Made by a program: the position numbers and the translations under genes. From Clostridia bacterium (GTDB lineage Bacteria > Bacillota > Clostridia > Christensenellales > UBA1242), in the NCBI GenBank assembly GCA_017409005.1, contig JAFQTP010000002.1, positions 377,286 through 441,285 on the forward strand: DNA of 64,000 bases, in the 5' to 3' direction. The notes under the pieces are model-generated. The model searched no databases. It was given only the letters and a program-made list of their open reading frames with translations, and had not been told where the DNA came from. Shown one piece after another: positions 49,601 to 55,600 of the stretch (its first letter is position 1; each line of letters begins with the position of its first letter).

Positions 49601-52600
49601 TTACTTGATGCAAACACAGACTTCAAAAATAAATTTGAGGCTTCTGGTGTTTGGACAACGGCTGCAGGTGCATATCCAATGTTAACTTGGATTAACGATA
49701 GTGCCGATGCTATTGATGCAACTAATATGGTTGATTCTGTTAAACTTGCTAACACAGTTGCGGGTTATAATGTAACATCATATCAAACTTCTGGTTCAAA
49801 AGTTAAACCAGCAACAAGTTATAGTAATTCATCTCAAGCATTTATTTTAGAGGCTAATCCTACTGCTGGAACAAGCATGAGTAATAAAACTGTTTATTTC
49901 ACAAAAAGCACAAACGGATTAAAACTTGGCGTGGTTGACGAACGCTCGTTAATTTATGGAATTCATTCAACCACAGCTTCAGATTATATAATTGCAACAA
50001 ATAACGGCTTTGTTGTTGGAAGTTCTATTCTTGCAAAACTTGCAACCACAAACAATGGCGTAATTTATCGTGTAACATTTAATGCTCAAACAGGATTTAA
50101 TACTAGTGCGTTTGCAGTTACCACAAACAATGGTGTAATTGACACTATGGTGGCAGAAGATACATTTAGTTCTGCTGTTGCTGGCTCAAAATTAATTAGC
50201 GTAAATAATGGTGTGGTTTATCGCAGTTTAATTAAAAACAAAAAATTAAGCTTTGCTGGGGCAAGTGATCCGGGTAAAATTAAATCGTCTTATTATTTAA
50301 GCGATGGATCATCGTCTGCACAAACAAATGCTAACTACTACGATCAAATGGGTAGTTTGTATAGTTATAAAATTAATGATACTGCCGATACTTCATATAA
50401 ATTTGATTTAGCTAATTTTGAAACAAACATCTTAGATATTTCAGGTATGGATTTTGCTAACGACTTTATTATCATTAAAGGCAACACAGCAAAATTAAAT
50501 TACGGCGCTCCAATTTTCCGTTATGAATTACATTCCGAAGATACAACAAATGGCGGATTTGATTTCGATGGCGAAATTATTAGTTCTAACTATTGGATTC
50601 ATTCAACAGGAAGAAATTGGAATTACATTAAAAATAATTATGTTGATACAATTATAAAAATTGATACTCCAGAAGAGTTGGCTGAAGTAGCACAAGCTGT
50701 TACATTAGGCAACCAAACCGGATTAGTAACAGAAGAAGTTGAAATTAGTGTAACTGATGATGCTGCTTTAATATCTGACGAAAGCACTTCAGAAGACGGC
50801 GCTGATTGTATTACAATAACAACAACAGAGTATAACTTTGGTGTTGCAGTAACAAAAGTGCGCGAGTTCCTAGATTTTGAAGGTCAAACAATTCAATTAG
50901 AAGATGATATTGATTTAAGCGGTAGGTTATGGACACCAATTGGATTTGGTTTTGATAACTACGAAGTTGGTGTAGGCAGTTCATATGCAACAACATTAAA
51001 CGATTCAAGCCATAATATGTTTAAAGGTTCGTTTGATGGATGTGGCTATGTTATAACTGGTGTAACAAGCGTTGAATCAAACAAGAATGTTGGTTTATTT
51101 GGCACTGTTTATGCTAATAGTGTTGCAAAATATACTTTAGCAAACATTGTTGTTAGAGATAGTAACTTTATTAGCGTATCAAGTAACGGAGGTTTCTCGG
51201 TTGCAGGTGCAATTGCTGGTAGGGTTGTGCTTGATGTAACCGATGTTGCAGGATATGCTTCAAGCAATCCATTAAAAGTTCTAACTAAAGTTGGTACAGA
51301 ACACGCAAATGTGTTTGCAACAAATCGTGCAAGTGGTTTAATTGGTGATTTGTTAAATGTTACTGGTTCAATAGGAAGCACTAATGCAAACATTTATTTA
51401 GCTTCTTCATTTGAATATGCTTATGTAAATTCTAATGTTGCAACATCATATAATTCTGGTGTTTCTAGTGCATTTATACATTTTGGTAATAACTCTAAAT
51501 ATGACCAACATAACAGTATTGTTAATTCAGATATGAGTTATATTAAACAAATGTATATATCTGGTAAGTTAGGCGATTATAGGCTTGACGATAGCAATAA
51601 ATATGCATTTGTTTCGCAAGAAACCGATTTAACATCATTCACAACTAACAGTGCTTCAATTGATTCGGTGTATGGATTGTTTACAAACATTACACCAGTT
51701 GTTACGGTTAATAATTTGTATGCAATAGCGTTATTTGATGATACGTTTATGAATTCGCAAGCTATGAACATAACATCTGACTTCCTACAAACCGAGGCTT
51801 TAGGAAACTTTGATTGGGGAAATGTATGGACAAGGCAAGATGGTGTTAACAATAACTATCCAACTTTAATTAGTAAAGTTAAATATTGGGCAGAAATTGT
51901 TACTGCTTCCGATGCTCCATCATTAAGTGAAACAACTTATACAATTTCAACAAACAAACAACTTGCATGGCTAGCTCATCAAGTTAACGTTGAAGACAAA
52001 AACTTTAGTGGTTACACCTTTAAATTAAATGCCGATATCGACTTAAATAATTATATTTGGTCGCCAATTGGTTATGGTGATCAAACTGTGGCTGATAGTG
52101 TATATCGTCAATTTAGAGGTACATTTGATTTTAATGGTAAAACTATTAAAAACTTGGTAACTGCAGGTGTTTATATTAAAACTTCAGATTTACCTGAAGA
52201 GTTAAAAGGAAACTATACTACTGAAGAATTGTCAAGTTTAGTTGTTTGTGTTGACGAAAATAAAGCAGGATTGTTTGGTTACACATATGGTGCAACTTTA
52301 ACAAGTTCTGCAGGGTCTGGTAAAATTGGAACAGAATCTTTAGATTATTCGTTTATTGTAAGTAAAGGAAATGCTGGTGCATTAGTTGCATATGCACAAG
52401 ATACAAATATTTCAAATATTACCAATTATGCATCAGTCTCTGCAACATATAATTCTTATGTTAATGGTGTTGCTGGTTTAATTGGTAAAACCGCAGCAAG
52501 CACAAATGTAACTTATACAAATTTAGTTAACCATGCACAGGTTAGATATAATTCGCTAACCACTGATAAGAGTGCTAATGCGGCAGGTGTTGCTGGCTAT

Positions 52601-55600
52601 ATTGTTACAACACTATCTGGAAGTGTGGCAATCAACAATAGTAGAAACACTGGCGAAATATATGCTGCAAATGGTGCATATGTTGGCGGAATTGTTGGTG
52701 GTGCGTCTACAGGGTTAACCATTAATGGTTTAGGAAATTATAGCGCTAACACAACCGGAACAAGCACCATTAAAGATAACACATCTAACAATCCTGATAA
52801 TAGTGGAGAAATTGTTGGCTATCGATTTGTTGGTGGAATTGTTGGTGGATATAGTATTTCTGGCGCTACTACTAGAAATGTTATTGAAAATGTTACAAAC
52901 ACCGGAACAATTATTGCAGTATCTTCAGGTGCGGGTGGAATTTTAGGAAGAGGAAATGCTTATGTTTATGAAGCAGTTAATGCTGCCGATGTAAAAGGAA
53001 CCCAAAATGTTGGCGGAATTATTGGAGAAAGCATTAATTCTCCAAAAATTGCAAACCTACTAAATAAAGGTTCAGTATATTCATATAATTCTACTTTAGA
53101 AGACTACGAACACCAAGAAACTGGAAGTTCATATGTTGGTTTATTAATTGGTAAAATTGATAATAATGCACAAAACAATATTTATTCTGTAATTGATGTT
53201 TCTACCGAACAAAACACAGTATACTTATTTGGTAATAGCACAACAACATATCCATCGCATGCAATTATGTCAGCACATGGCATAAAGAGCTCTAATAACT
53301 TAAATGAAAATTCCATTTATAATTATGGTGGAGCATACGTAAAGGTTCAAGAAGTGTTTACCGATAGTTTAGTTTGGGATAATGTAGTTGAATATGCTAA
53401 CGGCTCAGTTGATAAAAATCAAATTACATTAAACTACAAGCAAACTCCAGCAGGTACTGCACCAACAAAATCTGGAACAACATATGAAGTTGAAAGTTTA
53501 GAAAACTTAAAATATATGGGTGGACTAAATCGTAAACGATATGGTATTAGTAGTGTTTCAGGTGATATGTCAATAATAAATAGTTTTGATATTGTTAATT
53601 TGCAACCACTTGGTGGCGGAGTATATCCTTGGAAATGTGATGTTGTTGGTGGGAATAAAACTTTAACCATTAAATCAATAAATACGGCATACGATAATTG
53701 CTCATTATTTGGCGATGTTTTAGGAAATGTAAGAGCAGATAAATCTGTTTCAGACTATGTTGAGATTAAAAATTTAAAAATTAAGTACAATGCTTCAACA
53801 TCAATTTCATTCGAAACGGGAATGTTGGCGGATATTGCATCTGGACTAAAAGCCGTAGGTATAGAGATTTCTGGATCGGGACTAACAACATCTGCAAATT
53901 TTGGTTCCATTGCAAGCAATGGAACAAGTTTGAAACTTGAAAACTGCTCAAATAGTTTAAATATAAGTTCTTCAGGAAGTCGTACTTCAGGATTAATTCC
54001 AGTTGTTGGCGCTGACGAATCTAATTCGGAAATTAAAACAAGCAGTAATACTGGGAATATTACTTACACTGGTTCCTCACATACAGCAGTCGTTGGTGGT
54101 TTAGTTGCTGAATCTAAAAACACAACCTTTATTGGTTGTGCAAATGGGGCAAGTAAATTTGCAAGAGTTAAGTATGAAGGCAATATTCAAGAATCTTTAA
54201 TTGAACGTGTATCTACAATCAAAGGCCCTATTGTGGGTGGAATTGTTGGAAGTTCTACAAATGATTCAATTGGTGTTTCTGGCGATGCTTATGGTGAATT
54301 TAACTATGGTAATGTAAAATCAGAAACATCGGCTGCAAACAATTCTAATGCGTCAGCAGGCGGAATTGTTGGTTGTGCAATAAATTCAAAAGTTTATGAT
54401 GCAACAAACTCTGGTCTTATTGAGGCGGAAAATTACGCTGGCGGAATTGCCGGTAAAATGAAGAAAGAAACTATAGATAATGCAGAAAATACCATATTAG
54501 GTGAAGTTATTTCATCAAGTATTGCAGGCGGAATAATAGGATTGTCGGAATCTGTTAAAATTTCAAATGCTAAACATTGCGGCTTTGTTGCTTCCAGAAC
54601 ATTTAATACATTAGCATGTATTGGTGGTATTGCAGGTAAAATAACTGGAGCTAGCAGTTCTGTTAAAATTGCGGGCACAGTAGAGGGTTATGTTGGTGTT
54701 TATCAAAAAACAGCACCATTAACATATACCGATGCAACATCGGCTGCAACATATACATTTAATGCAAACTATTATTATACCGATTATAATGTTGACGATC
54801 CTGAAACTGGCTCAGACAAAAAATATAAAAATTTAGACGAGCAAAATGGTGCAGTTAAATTTGAGTGGGATGCTGTTATTTGGACCGAATTAGGGGCTGC
54901 GCAAGATGCCGATAGTAAAGGTGTTGCTAGTGATGCTTACCGAAATGCAGTGTATAACATAGGTTATATTGCAGGCTCAAGTAACACGGAGGATAAATCT
55001 ATTGTTAATGTATCTGTTACAAAACCTGAGGATAAATTGGTTTTACATGATTATTATGTTTCTGCCGAATACAAAGATGACGGCGAAATTATGTGGTGGT
55101 ATAATAACTGGATTCGATTAACTGGTAAAGACAGGTATGGCGAGCCTCAAGAGTTTGGCAAATGTCAACTTAACCCTGATGCAAATAATGAAAGAGTTTC
55201 TACTGCGGCGACAGATGGTGAAAAGGGATATGTAACAGATTTGTGGGGTCATACTAGCGGATGTTCACACGAAATAAACAACGGAGCACCAACAAACTCT
55301 GTGGCAGCGAACACTCCAACTCCAGTTTATTACTTCGAGTTCCAAGACGTTACATCTAGTGGAACATCATTTGGCACACATTACACAGGAGCAAAAACCA
55401 AGTATTATGCAGGGCAACAAATTGCATTGCCTACTGCATCTGAAGAAGGTTATGAACTTACTCATTGGAGTAAATCAACTAATGCTAGTGATACTTTGGC
55501 AAAAGTTGAAAACGGTACAACCGTAAACAGTACAAACTTTACCTTTGAGGATAAGGATGGTAAACAAACTGAAACACTATATGCACACTGGAGTAAACAA

